From Candidatus Omnitrophota bacterium (GTDB taxonomy: Bacteria; Omnitrophota; Gorgyraeia; 2-01-FULL-45-10): a stretch of DNA of 64,000 nt. The DNA lies in the NCBI GenBank assembly GCA_041663425.1, contig JBAYMS010000001.1, positions 8,884-72,883 on the forward strand, read 5' to 3'. Within the stretch, counting starts at the first letter, position 1; each line of letters begins with the position of its first letter. The position numbers and the translations under genes are program-made. The notes beneath the pieces are model-generated. The model had not been told where the DNA came from. It saw nothing but the letters and a program-made list of their open reading frames with translations, and ran no database searches. Shown here piece after piece: positions 23,614 to 32,808 of the stretch.

Positions 23614-24470
23614 TGGAAAAGAGAGCTTTGGGAAAAGGTCTTAGTGCCCTTATTCCCGGTAAAGAAGTAACGCAAGAGAATGGAGAGTCAGTTTTAAAGA
23701 TTGATATATCAAAAATTAAGACAAACAAATATCAGCCTCGTTTAGAATTTAATAAAGAAAAATTAGAAGAGCTTATGAGCTCTATAAAAGAAAAGGGAGT
23801 CGTCCAGCCCGTCCTAGTCCGAAAGATCGCGGATGGCTATGAATTAATAGCTGGAGAACGGCGTTTGCGGGCCGTTACCGGCCTGGGAATGACCACAATC
23901 CCTGTTATTGTTAAAGATGTTGCGGATCTGGACATGCTTGAGCTGTCATTGATCGAAAACATTCAGCGGGAAGAGCTTAACCCGATAGAAGAAGCGGTTG
24001 CGTTCCAGAAATTCATAACAGATTTCAATTTTACACAGGAAAAGATCGCCGCATCGCTTGGCAAAGACCGTTCCACGGTAGCCAATACGATCAGACTTCT
24101 TACGCTGCCTCAAAAAATACGTGAATTCATTTCCAGCGGCAGTATAACAGCCGGCCACGCCAAAGCGATTCTGTCTTTACCGACGGAAAACGAGCAGCTT
24201 AGAGTCTGCAATCTTGTTGTTAAAAAAGGCCTATCGGTCAGAGAAACAGAATCTCTGGCATCCCGCAGAGCCAGCGGGCAGGGGGAGAAGAATGTTAAAA
24301 TAGGTAAAGACCAGAGTCTGGTCGATCTGGAAAGCCAGCTTCAGCAGTTTTTTGGTACCCGCGTCAAAATAATGCAGGGTAAAAAGCGCGGCTGCATACA
24401 GATAGAGTACTATTCCAGCGATGATTTAAACCGCATATTGGACATCTTTTCGGCAAAATCTCAAGCTTAA
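23610..24470 (+). CDS. parB: Chromosome partitioning protein ParB/Spo0J.
   Basis: ParB box GERRLRA and an HTH (QEKIAASLGKDRSTVANTIRLL). The start overlaps the parA stop. Confidence 0.9.
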   Translation: MMEKRALGKGLSALIPGKEVTQENGESVLKIDISKIKTNKYQPRLEFNKEKLEELMSSIKEKGVVQPVLVRKIADGYELIAGERRLRAVTGLGMTTIPVIVKDVADLDMLELSLIENIQREELNPIEEAVAFQKFITDFNFTQEKIAASLGKDRSTVANTIRLLTLPQKIREFISSGSITAGHAKAILSLPTENEQLRVCNLVVKKGLSVRETESLASRRASGQGEKNVKIGKDQSLVDLESQLQQFFGTRVKIMQGKKRGCIQIEYYSSDDLNRILDIFSAKSQA

Positions 24471-24475
24471 ATATC

Positions 24476-24511
24476 TTGACTAAATAATATTAAAACAATA
24501 CAATATTATAT
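24476..24511 (+). promoter_or_regulatory. Candidate sigma70-like promoter for ndk.
   Basis: TTGACT-17nt-TACAAT sits about 25 nt upstream of the ndk RBS (GGAAGGG). Confidence 0.3.
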
Positions 24512-24535
24512 TCTATATATAATAAGGAAGGGTAT

Positions 24536-25033
24536 ATGATACAACAGACATTGGTTCTTATTAAGCCTGACGGCTTAAAGAAGTCTCTGACAGGTAACGT
24601 TTTAACGCGGCTTGCCGAAACTAAGCTTGAGATCGTGGCCGGGAAGATAGTAAAAGTTTCCAGGGAACTGGCCGCAGAGCATTATAGGGAGCTTAGAGAT
24701 AAGCCGTTTTTTGAAGATCTTCTGAAATACCTGATGGGTGAATACCATAAAAAGAAAGTAATGGCTCTTGTTTATTGGGGTGAAGATGCAATAGATAAGG
24801 TCCGTAAAATATGCGGATCGACAAACCCCGAAGAGGCGGACGCCGTTTCTATACGCGGTGCTTACGGAAGGATAACGACAAAAGGTGTTTATGAAAACGT
24901 TATTCACGCCTCGGCGAATATGACCGATGCCGAACGCGAAATAAAACTTTGGTTCCAGCCCGACGAGATAATCGAAGAAATATATCCATCAAAGCTTACA
25001 AAAGTTACTGTTGAAAAAAAGATCTGGGCGTAG
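24536..25033 (+). CDS. ndk: Nucleoside diphosphate kinase with a short C-terminal extension.
   Basis: MIQQTLVLIKPDGL, and the catalytic His region NVIHASAN. Confidence 0.9.
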   Translation: MIQQTLVLIKPDGLKKSLTGNVLTRLAETKLEIVAGKIVKVSRELAAEHYRELRDKPFFEDLLKYLMGEYHKKKVMALVYWGEDAIDKVRKICGSTNPEEADAVSIRGAYGRITTKGVYENVIHASANMTDAEREIKLWFQPDEIIEEIYPSKLTKVTVEKKIWA

Positions 25034-25053
25034 AGAAGAGGAAGAGGCAAAAA

Positions 25054-25932
25054 GTGATAAATTCAATGACCGGTTTCGGGAAGGGTGAGGCGAGTTTTAA
25101 ATCAGGTAAGGTAACAGTGGAAATAAAAACCGTCAACCATAAGTTTTTTGATGCCACTCTCAAGCTCCCCAGCGGGATAATACCCTTTGAAGATAGAATA
25201 AAAGAAGTGCTGCAAAAAAGGATAAAAAGAGGAAAAATAAATTTAAATCTCACTCACGACGGAGCGCTTCTTAAAAGCGATCGGATAGCGATAAATAAAA
25301 AAGCCGCAAAGAGTTATTTTAACGAACTTGAGGCGCTTAAAAAACATCTCGGATTGCAGGAAGAAGTAAAATTAAAAGATATAATAGCGTTACCCGGCGT
25401 TTTAAGTTTCGATTCGATGGAATCGGGGCTGGCCAGTTTTTGGCCGAAGATAAAAAAAGCGCTCGATATGGCCATTGACAGTCTCATCTCCGACAGAGAA
25501 AAAGAAGGCAAGGCTCTTTGTAAAGATCTGACGTCTAGGACAAAGCAGATAGAAAAAATGCTGGCAACGATAAAATCGCGCGCCCATTTAAATATCGACG
25601 AATACAGAAAAAGATTTGCTGACAGGGTGAAGGACCTGACCGGCGGCCGTGATATAGATATGGGAAGGCTTGAAATGGAAGTAGCGATCTTTGCAAAGAA
25701 TTGTGATATTTCGGAAGAGATAACCAGACTGCAGAACCATCTTTCCAATTTCAATAAGACCATATCTTCCGGCGGGGAGGTCGGGAAAAAAATAGATTTT
25801 ATAGCACAGGAACTCCATCGCGAAATAAATACCATCGGCTCTAAGGCCAGTGATTTTAAGATATCGAAGAACGTGATCGAGATAAAAGGCGAGATAGAAA
25901 AAATACGCGAACAGGCAAAAAATTTAGAATGA
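25054..25932 (+). CDS. yicC: YicC-family stress-induced protein. GTG start.
   Basis: MINSMTGFGKGE... matches the E. coli YicC start MIRSMTAY. A DUF1732-like C-terminus is present. Confidence 0.8.
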   Translation: MINSMTGFGKGEASFKSGKVTVEIKTVNHKFFDATLKLPSGIIPFEDRIKEVLQKRIKRGKINLNLTHDGALLKSDRIAINKKAAKSYFNELEALKKHLGLQEEVKLKDIIALPGVLSFDSMESGLASFWPKIKKALDMAIDSLISDREKEGKALCKDLTSRTKQIEKMLATIKSRAHLNIDEYRKRFADRVKDLTGGRDIDMGRLEMEVAIFAKNCDISEEITRLQNHLSNFNKTISSGGEVGKKIDFIAQELHREINTIGSKASDFKISKNVIEIKGEIEKIREQAKNLE

Positions 25933-26489
25933 AGGCTAAATTGTTCGTAGTCTCCGCTCCGTCGGGATCCGGCAAAACCACCTTATGCAACAAACTATTA
26001 AAAGATGATTTAGGTCTTGCCCAATCTGTTTCCATGACTACACGGCCGCCCAGAAAAGGCGAGCAGGACGGGGTTGATTATCATTTTGTGTCAGAAAGAT
26101 CTTTTAAAGACACGATAAAGAAAAAAGGATTTCTGGAATACGAGGAAAATTTCGGCTGTTTGTACGGGACGCCGAAGAAGCTCATAGAAAAGCGTCTTAA
26201 AAAAGGTTTAAATGTTCTTTTAAGTATCGATGTAAAAGGTGCGATGAAGGTAAAAAAAGAATATCCCGACGAGAGTATTCTCATTTTTATCCTTCCGCCG
26301 TCTTTAGGGGTTTTAAAAAACAGGCTTAATTCAAGAAGATCGGAGGACAAGAAAGCGATCTCAGAGAGACTTAAGCTGGCAAAAAAAGAAATCGCATATA
26401 AAAAGAAATACGATTACACGGTCGTGAACGATCGTCTGGATGTTGCATATAAAAAATTGAAAAAAATAGTGCTTTCAGAAATTAACTAA
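25929..26489 (+). CDS. gmk: Guanylate kinase.
   Basis: P-loop SAPSGSGKTTL and guanylate-kinase motifs. Overlaps the yicC stop, the typical yicC-gmk-rpoZ arrangement. Confidence 0.9.
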   Translation: MKAKLFVVSAPSGSGKTTLCNKLLKDDLGLAQSVSMTTRPPRKGEQDGVDYHFVSERSFKDTIKKKGFLEYEENFGCLYGTPKKLIEKRLKKGLNVLLSIDVKGAMKVKKEYPDESILIFILPPSLGVLKNRLNSRRSEDKKAISERLKLAKKEIAYKKKYDYTVVNDRLDVAYKKLKKIVLSEIN

Positions 26490-26501
26490 GGAGCTAAGAA
26501 A

Positions 26502-26708
26502 ATGCAGAATTTTGATATACAGAAACTGCTGGACAAGGTCGGAAGTTTGTACAAGCTCGTCATACTTACATCTCTGCGTGCTGTGGAGTTGAGCGATGGC
26601 GCAGCGAATCTTACAGGCGAAAAACCTGATGCAAAAACGATCAATACAGCTTTGAGGGAAATATCCGAAGGAAAGATCGAGTATAAAATAAAAGAGAAAA
26701 AAGAATGA
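26502..26708 (+). CDS. rpoZ: DNA-directed RNA polymerase omega subunit.
   Basis: 68 aa; KLVILTSLRAVELSDGA is the RpoZ core. Lies downstream of gmk. Confidence 0.8.
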   Translation: MQNFDIQKLLDKVGSLYKLVILTSLRAVELSDGAANLTGEKPDAKTINTALREISEGKIEYKIKEKKE

Positions 26709-27247
26709 ACAGATCCAAGCCGGTCGTACTTGGTGTAACCGGCAGCATAGCTGCTTACAGAGCGTGCGACATAATCAGCGCGTTCAGAAGAGAAGAGATA
26801 GAAGTGCAGGCCGTTCTTACCAAAGAGGCCGCAGAATTTATCACTCCGCTTTCTCTGCAGACCCTTTCACGTAATAAAGTCATTACGGACATGTTTGCGC
26901 TGCCTGAAAAATGGGATCCTGTACATACTTCAATAGCTGAGAAGGCAGGATTGATTTTAATAGCGCCTGCTACAGCAAATGTAATCGGCAAGCTTGCCAG
27001 CGGGATATGCGACGATCTTCTGACGTGCATTGTATTTGCAACAAAAGCGCCTGTTCTTATAGCGCCGGCTATGAATGAGAAGATGTATAATCACAAAATA
27101 GTCCAGGCCAACATAGCGAAGCTGAAAGCGATAGGATACAAATTTGTAGGACCGATAAAAGGCTACCTTGCATGCGGACATGTGGATACAGGACACATTG
27201 CCGACACAGATCAGATTGTGAAGGAAGCTAAAAGACTGCTGAAGTGA
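26705..27247 (+). CDS. coaC: Phosphopantothenoylcysteine decarboxylase (CoaC flavoprotein half), encoded separately.
   Basis: Flavoprotein fold: VVLGVTGSIAAYRACDIISAF...PAMN..M. The start overlaps the rpoZ stop. Confidence 0.85.
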   Translation: MNRSKPVVLGVTGSIAAYRACDIISAFRREEIEVQAVLTKEAAEFITPLSLQTLSRNKVITDMFALPEKWDPVHTSIAEKAGLILIAPATANVIGKLASGICDDLLTCIVFATKAPVLIAPAMNEKMYNHKIVQANIAKLKAIGYKFVGPIKGYLACGHVDTGHIADTDQIVKEAKRLLK

Positions 27248-27897
27248 AATCAAAAAACGGAAAGAATATAACCGTTCTTGTGGTTGCAGGCCCGACGAGA
27301 GAAAAGATAGATCCCGTCAGGTTTATTTCAAATTATTCTACCGGAACTTTTGGTTATGCAATTGCCGGTGAAGCATCCAGGCGCGGCCATAGAACTATTT
27401 TAGTAAGCGGACCTACCTGTCTCGAGGTTCCGGAAAAAGTAGAATTTATCAGTGTTGAAAGCGCCCTCGAAATGAGGCGTGAAGTTAGGTCTCTGGCAAA
27501 GTCAGCAACATGCGTGATAATGGCCGCTGCGGTTTGTGATTGGAGGGCTGAGCTGGTTCTGCCGCGCAAGATAAAACGAAAAGGCGGCGTTAAAGTACTT
27601 AAGCTGAAAGAAAATCCGGACATACTTAAAGAGCTCGGAGAAAAGAAAAATAGTATTTTGGTAGGTTTTGCCCTGGAAACCGAACACTTAGAGAAAAATG
27701 CTATTGAGAAGCTCAAAAAAAAGAATCTAGATCTCATAATAGCAAACAGGCTTACAAAAGATAGCGGATTGTTCGGGGATAGATTGACAGACGTTTTGAT
27801 GATAGACAGGTCTTTGCAGAAATTGGTATGCCGCCGCAAGACCAAGAAGGAACTGGCCAAGATTATTCTTGACAAGGCCTTAAAGTCTAAGATATAG
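27244..27897 (+). CDS. coaB: Phosphopantothenate--cysteine ligase (CoaB half), encoded separately.
   Basis: DPVRFISNYSTGTFGYAIA... and the conserved KIKRKGG / AANRL regions. The start overlaps the coaC stop. Confidence 0.85.
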   Translation: MKSKNGKNITVLVVAGPTREKIDPVRFISNYSTGTFGYAIAGEASRRGHRTILVSGPTCLEVPEKVEFISVESALEMRREVRSLAKSATCVIMAAAVCDWRAELVLPRKIKRKGGVKVLKLKENPDILKELGEKKNSILVGFALETEHLEKNAIEKLKKKNLDLIIANRLTKDSGLFGDRLTDVLMIDRSLQKLVCRRKTKKELAKIILDKALKSKI

Positions 27898-27958
27898 TCA
27901 TTTCCTCGACGAAGCTCGGGATCGATCCTGGGTATAGTGAAGGATCAGAATTTCGCAT

Positions 27959-28387
27959 ATGATGAGAAAAAGAGCTTTTACTATTATAGAATTGCTGGTC
28001 GTTATATGTGTATTTCTAATTATGTTTGCCGCGCTGGCTCCTTTTGTGCGTATGGCAAAAATATACGCGAACAAAATAAATTGCGCTAATAATTTGCGGC
28101 AGATAAGTTTAGGGCTGCATAAATATGCGCGGGATCACGGCAAAAAGTTTCCAAAAAGCCTCGGAGAATTATATCCGGCTTATATAAATGACGGCGGAAT
28201 ATTGGATTGCCCTTCGATAAAAGACAGGGCAGCGAAAAATACGCCGGATTATACTTATACGCAGGGCCTTACAGAGGCTTCGCCGGCCAAAGAAGTGATA
28301 GTGCAGGATGCTGACGGTAATCACAAAGGGGCCGGAAGAAATGTTTTAAGGGTTGACGGCTCTGTGGATTTGATTTTGGCGCGGTAG
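27959..28387 (+). CDS. Prepilin-type N-terminal cleavage/methylation domain protein, DUF1559-like.
   Basis: N-terminus KRAFTIIELLVVICVF; C.NNLRQISLGLHKY matches the DUF1559 signature. Confidence 0.7.
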   Translation: MMRKRAFTIIELLVVICVFLIMFAALAPFVRMAKIYANKINCANNLRQISLGLHKYARDHGKKFPKSLGELYPAYINDGGILDCPSIKDRAAKNTPDYTYTQGLTEASPAKEVIVQDADGNHKGAGRNVLRVDGSVDLILAR

Positions 28388-28452
28388 CCAAGCGGTAAGG
28401 CAGGAGTCTGCAAAACTCTTATACAGCGGTTCAATTCCGCTCCGCGCCTCCA
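28378..28452 (+). tRNA. tRNA-Cys (anticodon GCA).
   Basis: GGCGCGGTAGCCAAGCGGTAAGGCAGGAGTCTGCAAAACTCT...GGTTCAATTCCGCTCCGCGCCTCCA. U73 discriminator. The first 10 nt overlap the upstream CDS stop. Confidence 0.85.
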
Positions 28453-28455
28453 GAT

Positions 28456-28532
28456 GGACGCGTAGCTCAGTTGGTTAGAGCACTACCTTGACATGGTAGG
28501 GGTCACAGGTTCGAGTCCTGTCGCGTCCACCA
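28456..28532 (+). tRNA. tRNA-Val (anticodon GAC).
   Basis: GGACGCGTAGCTCAGTTGGTTAGAGCACTACCTTGACATGGTAGGGGTCACAGGTTCGAGTCCTGTCGCGTCCACCA. Confidence 0.85.
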
Positions 28533-28595
28533 TTCTACAGTTTGAGTCGGGAATTGTGGAGTGGAGACAAAAATTTAATTTTATTTAAGGTGTGT

Positions 28596-30455
28596 ATGTG
28601 TGGAATAGTAGGATACATAGGAACAAAAAGTGCGCAGGAAGTGCTGCTGAAGGGATTGAGCCGTCTGGAATACAGGGGCTACGATTCCTCCGGCGTAGCT
28701 ATTATTGAATCTAAGAAGCTAAACCTGGTAAAACGACAGGGCAAGCTGCGCATATTGGCCGACGTCTTAAAAGAAGGTCCTTCCAAGGGTACGGTTGGTA
28801 TAGGTCATACGCGCTGGGCAACACACGGTATTCCCAATGACATAAATGCGCACCCCCATTTAGACTGCACAGGCAAGATAGCCGTAGTTCATAACGGCAT
28901 TGTCGAAAATTATCTCGAGCTCAAAAAAATCCTGATGAAAGAAGGGCACAAATTTATATCGGAAACCGATACCGAAATAATTGCGCACCTGATCGAAAAA
29001 TATTATAACGGACATCTAGAAGCCGCAGTTTTAAAAGCAATCAAACTGCTCAAAGGTTCTTATGCGATAGCTGTTGTGCATTCTGGGGAGCCGGATAAGA
29101 TAGTCGGAGCAAGGTGTGATTCACCACTTATCATAGGTCTGGGCGACGGGGAAAATTTTCTGGCAAGCGATGTTCCCGCCGTGCTTGATTATACGAAAGA
29201 CGTCATATATCTCGATAACCATGAGCTTATCATTCTGACCAAAACCGGCGTCACCATCAAAGATTATGACGGACGAGTTTTATCGAAAAAACCGTCTAAA
29301 ATAAAATGGGATATTAAACAGGCGGAAAAAGCCGGCCATGAACATTTTATGCTCAAAGAGATTTATGAGCAGGGCGACATCCTCAGAAATATACTCGACG
29401 AAAGACTGCATGGCGGCAAGGTGGTTTTTGAAGAGCTTGCCATAGAAGCCGCAGCATTCAAACATTTTAAAAAAATAGCTCTGGTAGCATGCGGTACCGC
29501 TTATCATGCGGGACTGACCGGTAAATACATGATAGAGGAATATGTCAGGATACCATGCTGGGTGGATACCTCGAGTGAATTTCGATACAGAGATCCCATT
29601 GTTGACAAGGAAACGCTCTTCATAGTTATTTCGCAGTCGGGAGAGACAGCAGATTCTCTGGCGGCGCTCCGGGAGGCAAAAAGGCGCGGGGCGACAACCT
29701 TGGGCATATGTAATGCCGTCGGAAGTTCTATAGCGAGGGAATCGGACGGAGTGATTTATACTCATGCGGGTCCGGAGATAGCGGTGGCGTCCACAAAAGC
29801 CTATACTGCACAGCTGGCGATACTTTATTTGTTGACGCTTTATATGGGCACATTGCGCGGCAATATATCGAAGACGAAACTGGAAAAGCTTATTGCAGAA
29901 TTCCGAAGAGCACCCGATCTTATGGACGAGCTCATAAGCGAATATAAAGATCCGTATAATAATATTGCAGCTTATGCGAGTGAATTTAAACGATATTACT
30001 ACGAAAAACACAATAAATCCTATTTCCTGTATCTCGGGCGTAACATAAATTATCCCAATGCGCTCGAAGGAGCTCTGAAGCTGAAGGAAATATCCTACAT
30101 CAGCGCTGAGGGGTATCCTGCCGGCGAGATGAAACACGGGCCGATAGCTCTGATAGACGAAAATCCATGGGTTGTCTGCATTGCCACACAGGCAAAGACT
30201 TATGACAAGATGTTATCCAATATCCAGGAGATAAAAGCGCGCAGCGGCATAGTAATAGCGCTTGTGACTGAAGGCGACAAAGAGATACAGCACCATAATG
30301 TCAACTATGTTATAGAGGTGCCGAAGATAGACGAGCTGTTCAGCCCGCTTTTGGTGGTGATACCGCTCCAGCTGCTTGCTTATTATGTCGCGAAAAAGTT
30401 CGGTTATGATATAGATCAGCCGCGCAATCTTGCAAAATCGGTAACAGTCGAATAA
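28596..30455 (+). CDS. glmS: Glutamine--fructose-6-phosphate aminotransferase. The ORF track starts at 28542; the canonical start is MCGIVGY at 28596.
   Basis: N-terminal Cys nucleophile MCGIVGYIG, a GATase2 domain, and two SIS domains ending in the ...SVTVE terminus. Confidence 0.9.
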   Translation: MCGIVGYIGTKSAQEVLLKGLSRLEYRGYDSSGVAIIESKKLNLVKRQGKLRILADVLKEGPSKGTVGIGHTRWATHGIPNDINAHPHLDCTGKIAVVHNGIVENYLELKKILMKEGHKFISETDTEIIAHLIEKYYNGHLEAAVLKAIKLLKGSYAIAVVHSGEPDKIVGARCDSPLIIGLGDGENFLASDVPAVLDYTKDVIYLDNHELIILTKTGVTIKDYDGRVLSKKPSKIKWDIKQAEKAGHEHFMLKEIYEQGDILRNILDERLHGGKVVFEELAIEAAAFKHFKKIALVACGTAYHAGLTGKYMIEEYVRIPCWVDTSSEFRYRDPIVDKETLFIVISQSGETADSLAALREAKRRGATTLGICNAVGSSIARESDGVIYTHAGPEIAVASTKAYTAQLAILYLLTLYMGTLRGNISKTKLEKLIAEFRRAPDLMDELISEYKDPYNNIAAYASEFKRYYYEKHNKSYFLYLGRNINYPNALEGALKLKEISYISAEGYPAGEMKHGPIALIDENPWVVCIATQAKTYDKMLSNIQEIKARSGIVIALVTEGDKEIQHHNVNYVIEVPKIDELFSPLLVVIPLQLLAYYVAKKFGYDIDQPRNLAKSVTVE

Positions 30456-30477
30456 TTTCGACGCAGAGCCTAAAATT

Positions 30478-31140
30478 ATGAACGGCACATTATATGTGGT
30501 TTCTACTCCCATAGGTAATCTGGAAGACATAACCCTGCGTGCCATAGAAACATTGAAATCGGTTGACCTTATCGCTGCCGAAGATACCCGCCACACAAAA
30601 ATACTGCTCGACAGATATGAAATAAGAACTCCGACGACAAGTTACTTCGAATATAATAAGATCCAGAAGACAGATTATCTTATAAAAGTTCTGCAGGAAG
30701 GTAAATCTGTTGCCCTGGTCTCTGATGCGGGCACGCCCGGCATATCGGATCCGGGGTATAGGGTTATCCATCTTTGTATAGAAAACGGAATATCGGTAGT
30801 GCCGATCCCGGGAGCCTCGGGGCTCATAACAGCTCTTACTATTTCAGGGAAACCTACTGATAAATTTACATTTGAAGGATTTTTATCAAATAAGGGTGCT
30901 AGAAGGAAAAATCAGCTTAAGAAATTGCACGAAGAGGGCAGAACGGCCGTTTTATATGAATCGCCGCACAGGATAGTGAAGATGCTGGAGGATGCCCTGG
31001 AAGTTTACGGCGATGTGGATATTGTTCTGGCCAGAGAGCTTACAAAGAAATTTGAGGAAGTGCGGCGCGAAAAGGTTTCCGCAACGATCGCGCACTTTAC
31101 ATCTCACGCGCCAAAAGGCGAATTTATTGTAATTATTTAA
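30478..31140 (+). CDS. rsmI: 16S rRNA (cytidine1402-2'-O)-methyltransferase RsmI-like tetrapyrrole-methylase-fold protein.
   Basis: GTLYVVSTPIGNLEDITLRAIETLKSVDLIAAEDTRHT is the RsmI N-terminal signature. The protein is shorter than usual (220 aa). Confidence 0.75.
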   Translation: MNGTLYVVSTPIGNLEDITLRAIETLKSVDLIAAEDTRHTKILLDRYEIRTPTTSYFEYNKIQKTDYLIKVLQEGKSVALVSDAGTPGISDPGYRVIHLCIENGISVVPIPGASGLITALTISGKPTDKFTFEGFLSNKGARRKNQLKKLHEEGRTAVLYESPHRIVKMLEDALEVYGDVDIVLARELTKKFEEVRREKVSATIAHFTSHAPKGEFIVII

Positions 31141-31207
31141 GCCCAAAATTACATTGACAAAATGCTTAAAGCGTGATACAATTACCACAATAAAGTTACC
31201 TTTTAAT

Positions 31208-31299
31208 GCCGGTCCAGAGAGTCCGGAAAAGGAGAAGTAAGGATGAATACCAGACCCACTTATCTGTTTTGTAAAAATGATAGGTGGGATTTTTATTTT
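31208..31299 (+). promoter_or_regulatory. PyrR-dependent transcription attenuator in the pyr leader (binding loop plus terminator).
   Basis: CCGG-UCCAGAGAGU-CCGG at about 31209..31226 matches the PyrR binding-loop consensus (UCCAGAGAGG). Downstream is a 10-bp hairpin cccacttatc/gataggtggg followed by ATTTTTATTTT (31255..31299). Confidence 0.55.
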
Positions 31300-31310
31300 A
31301 AGGCGGCCAT

Positions 31311-31859
31311 ATGACGTTCAAAGAAAAGACCAAAATACTCGATAAAGACGATATAGACAGATCCCTTCAGAGGATAGCCCACGAAATAGTAGAAAAAATA
31401 AAGGCCACCGAGGAAATAGCGATAATAGGCATAAAGAACCGCGGAGCGTATTTGGGCCAGCGGCTTGCTGAAAAAATAGGAAAGATAACCGGCTCGAAAA
31501 TACCGGTCGGTGCGCTTGATATCACACTATACAGAGACGATCTTACTGAGGCTTCAAGTCAGCCCATAGTCCATGCCACAGAAATAAATTTTGATATCGA
31601 GGGAAAAAAAATAATATTGGTAGACGATGTCCTGTATACCGGCAGGACGATAAGGTGTGCTCTGGATGCATTGATAGATTTTGGAAGGCCCGCCCAGATA
31701 CAGCTTGCCGTATTGGTTGACAGAGGCCACAGAGAGCTTCCGATAAGGGCAGATTATGTAGGTAAAAATGTCCCGACGTCTCTTAAAGAGGTCGTGGAAG
31801 TTAAGTTATCAGAGACCGAAGGCAAAGACGAAGTAGTGCTTTGCGAAAAAGATAGGTAA
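31311..31859 (+). CDS. pyrR: Bifunctional pyrimidine operon regulator / uracil phosphoribosyltransferase.
   Basis: PRTase motif [12 protein letters not shown] and PyrR family layout. First gene of the pyr cluster. Confidence 0.9.
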   Translation: MTFKEKTKILDKDDIDRSLQRIAHEIVEKIKATEEIAIIGIKNRGAYLGQRLAEKIGKITGSKIPVGALDITLYRDDLTEASSQPIVHATEINFDIEGKKIILVDDVLYTGRTIRCALDALIDFGRPAQIQLAVLVDRGHRELPIRADYVGKNVPTSLKEVVEVKLSETEGKDEVVLCEKDR

Positions 31860-31863
31860 AGGG

Positions 31864-32808
31864 ATGGCAGAGAAGAAGATAGTCTGGACGAAGAAAGACC
31901 TTCTGGGGCTCGAATATCTTTCCAAAGAAGAGATCGAGCTCATTTTATATACAGCCGGAAGCTTTAAAGAAGTTACAACACGCCAGATAAAGAAAGTGCC
32001 CGCCCTGCGCGGCAAAACGGTGGTCAATTTATTCTATGAGCCCTCAACTAGAACGCGCACGTCGTTTGAACTTGCCGCAAAGCGCCTCTCAGCCGATGTC
32101 GTGAATATAGAGATAGAGACCTCCAGTGTGCGGAAAGGCGAGACCCTGATAGATACGGGGCGCAATATCGAAGCGCTGAAGATAGATATAATAGTGGTTC
32201 GGCACAACTGCAGCGGCGCTCCGATGATACTGGCGCGCAATGTGCAGGCGCGCGTGGTGAATGCCGGCGATGGATGGCATGAACATCCCACGCAGGCACT
32301 CCTGGATATGTTCACCCTGAAATCAAAACTCGGAAGAATCGAAGATCTGAAGGTAAGCATAATAGGCGACATAGCTCACTCACGTGTGGCACGGTCAAAT
32401 ATATGGGGGCTTACAAAGCTGGGCGCTAAAGTGACCGTATGCGCGCCGAAGCTTTTGGTTCCGGAAGGAATAGAAAAGATGGGCGTTAAGGTAACGACCG
32501 ACATAAGCGAAGCGCTCGAAGGGGCTGACGCGATAAATGTGCTTCGCATGCAATTTGAACGGGACGGTGCCATGGCATTTCCTTCGAAGCTGGAATATTT
32601 CAAGCAATATGGCATTACGGCCGAGCGTCTTTCGAAATGCAAAAAAGATATAGTTGTAATGCACCCGGGGCCGATAAACAGGGGCGTGGAGATGTCGAGC
32701 GAGGTAGCTGACGGGAAGAACTCGGTAATACTTGAGCAGGTGACCAACGGTATAGCGGTGAGGATGGCGGTCCTGTATCTGGTGGCTCACACAAAAGAGG
32801 CAGCATGA
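31864..32808 (+). CDS. pyrB: Aspartate carbamoyltransferase catalytic subunit.
   Basis: STRTR carbamoyl-phosphate motif, an HPTQ-type motif, and a HPGP-like region (VMHPGP). Confidence 0.9.
   Translation: MAEKKIVWTKKDLLGLEYLSKEEIELILYTAGSFKEVTTRQIKKVPALRGKTVVNLFYEPSTRTRTSFELAAKRLSADVVNIEIETSSVRKGETLIDTGRNIEALKIDIIVVRHNCSGAPMILARNVQARVVNAGDGWHEHPTQALLDMFTLKSKLGRIEDLKVSIIGDIAHSRVARSNIWGLTKLGAKVTVCAPKLLVPEGIEKMGVKVTTDISEALEGADAINVLRMQFERDGAMAFPSKLEYFKQYGITAERLSKCKKDIVVMHPGPINRGVEMSSEVADGKNSVILEQVTNGIAVRMAVLYLVAHTKEAA

Noticed and set aside
29280-30137. A 285-aa minus-strand ORF inside glmS.
   Set aside because: It is antisense to a very well-supported GlmS coding region and has low-complexity Arg/Phe-rich content. 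It is a shadow ORF. The same reasoning applies to the antisense ORFs inside gyrA, gyrB, pheT, pyrD (36170..36850), pyrB/pyrC, dnaA, the COG0701 permease and the PHP-ATPase gene.
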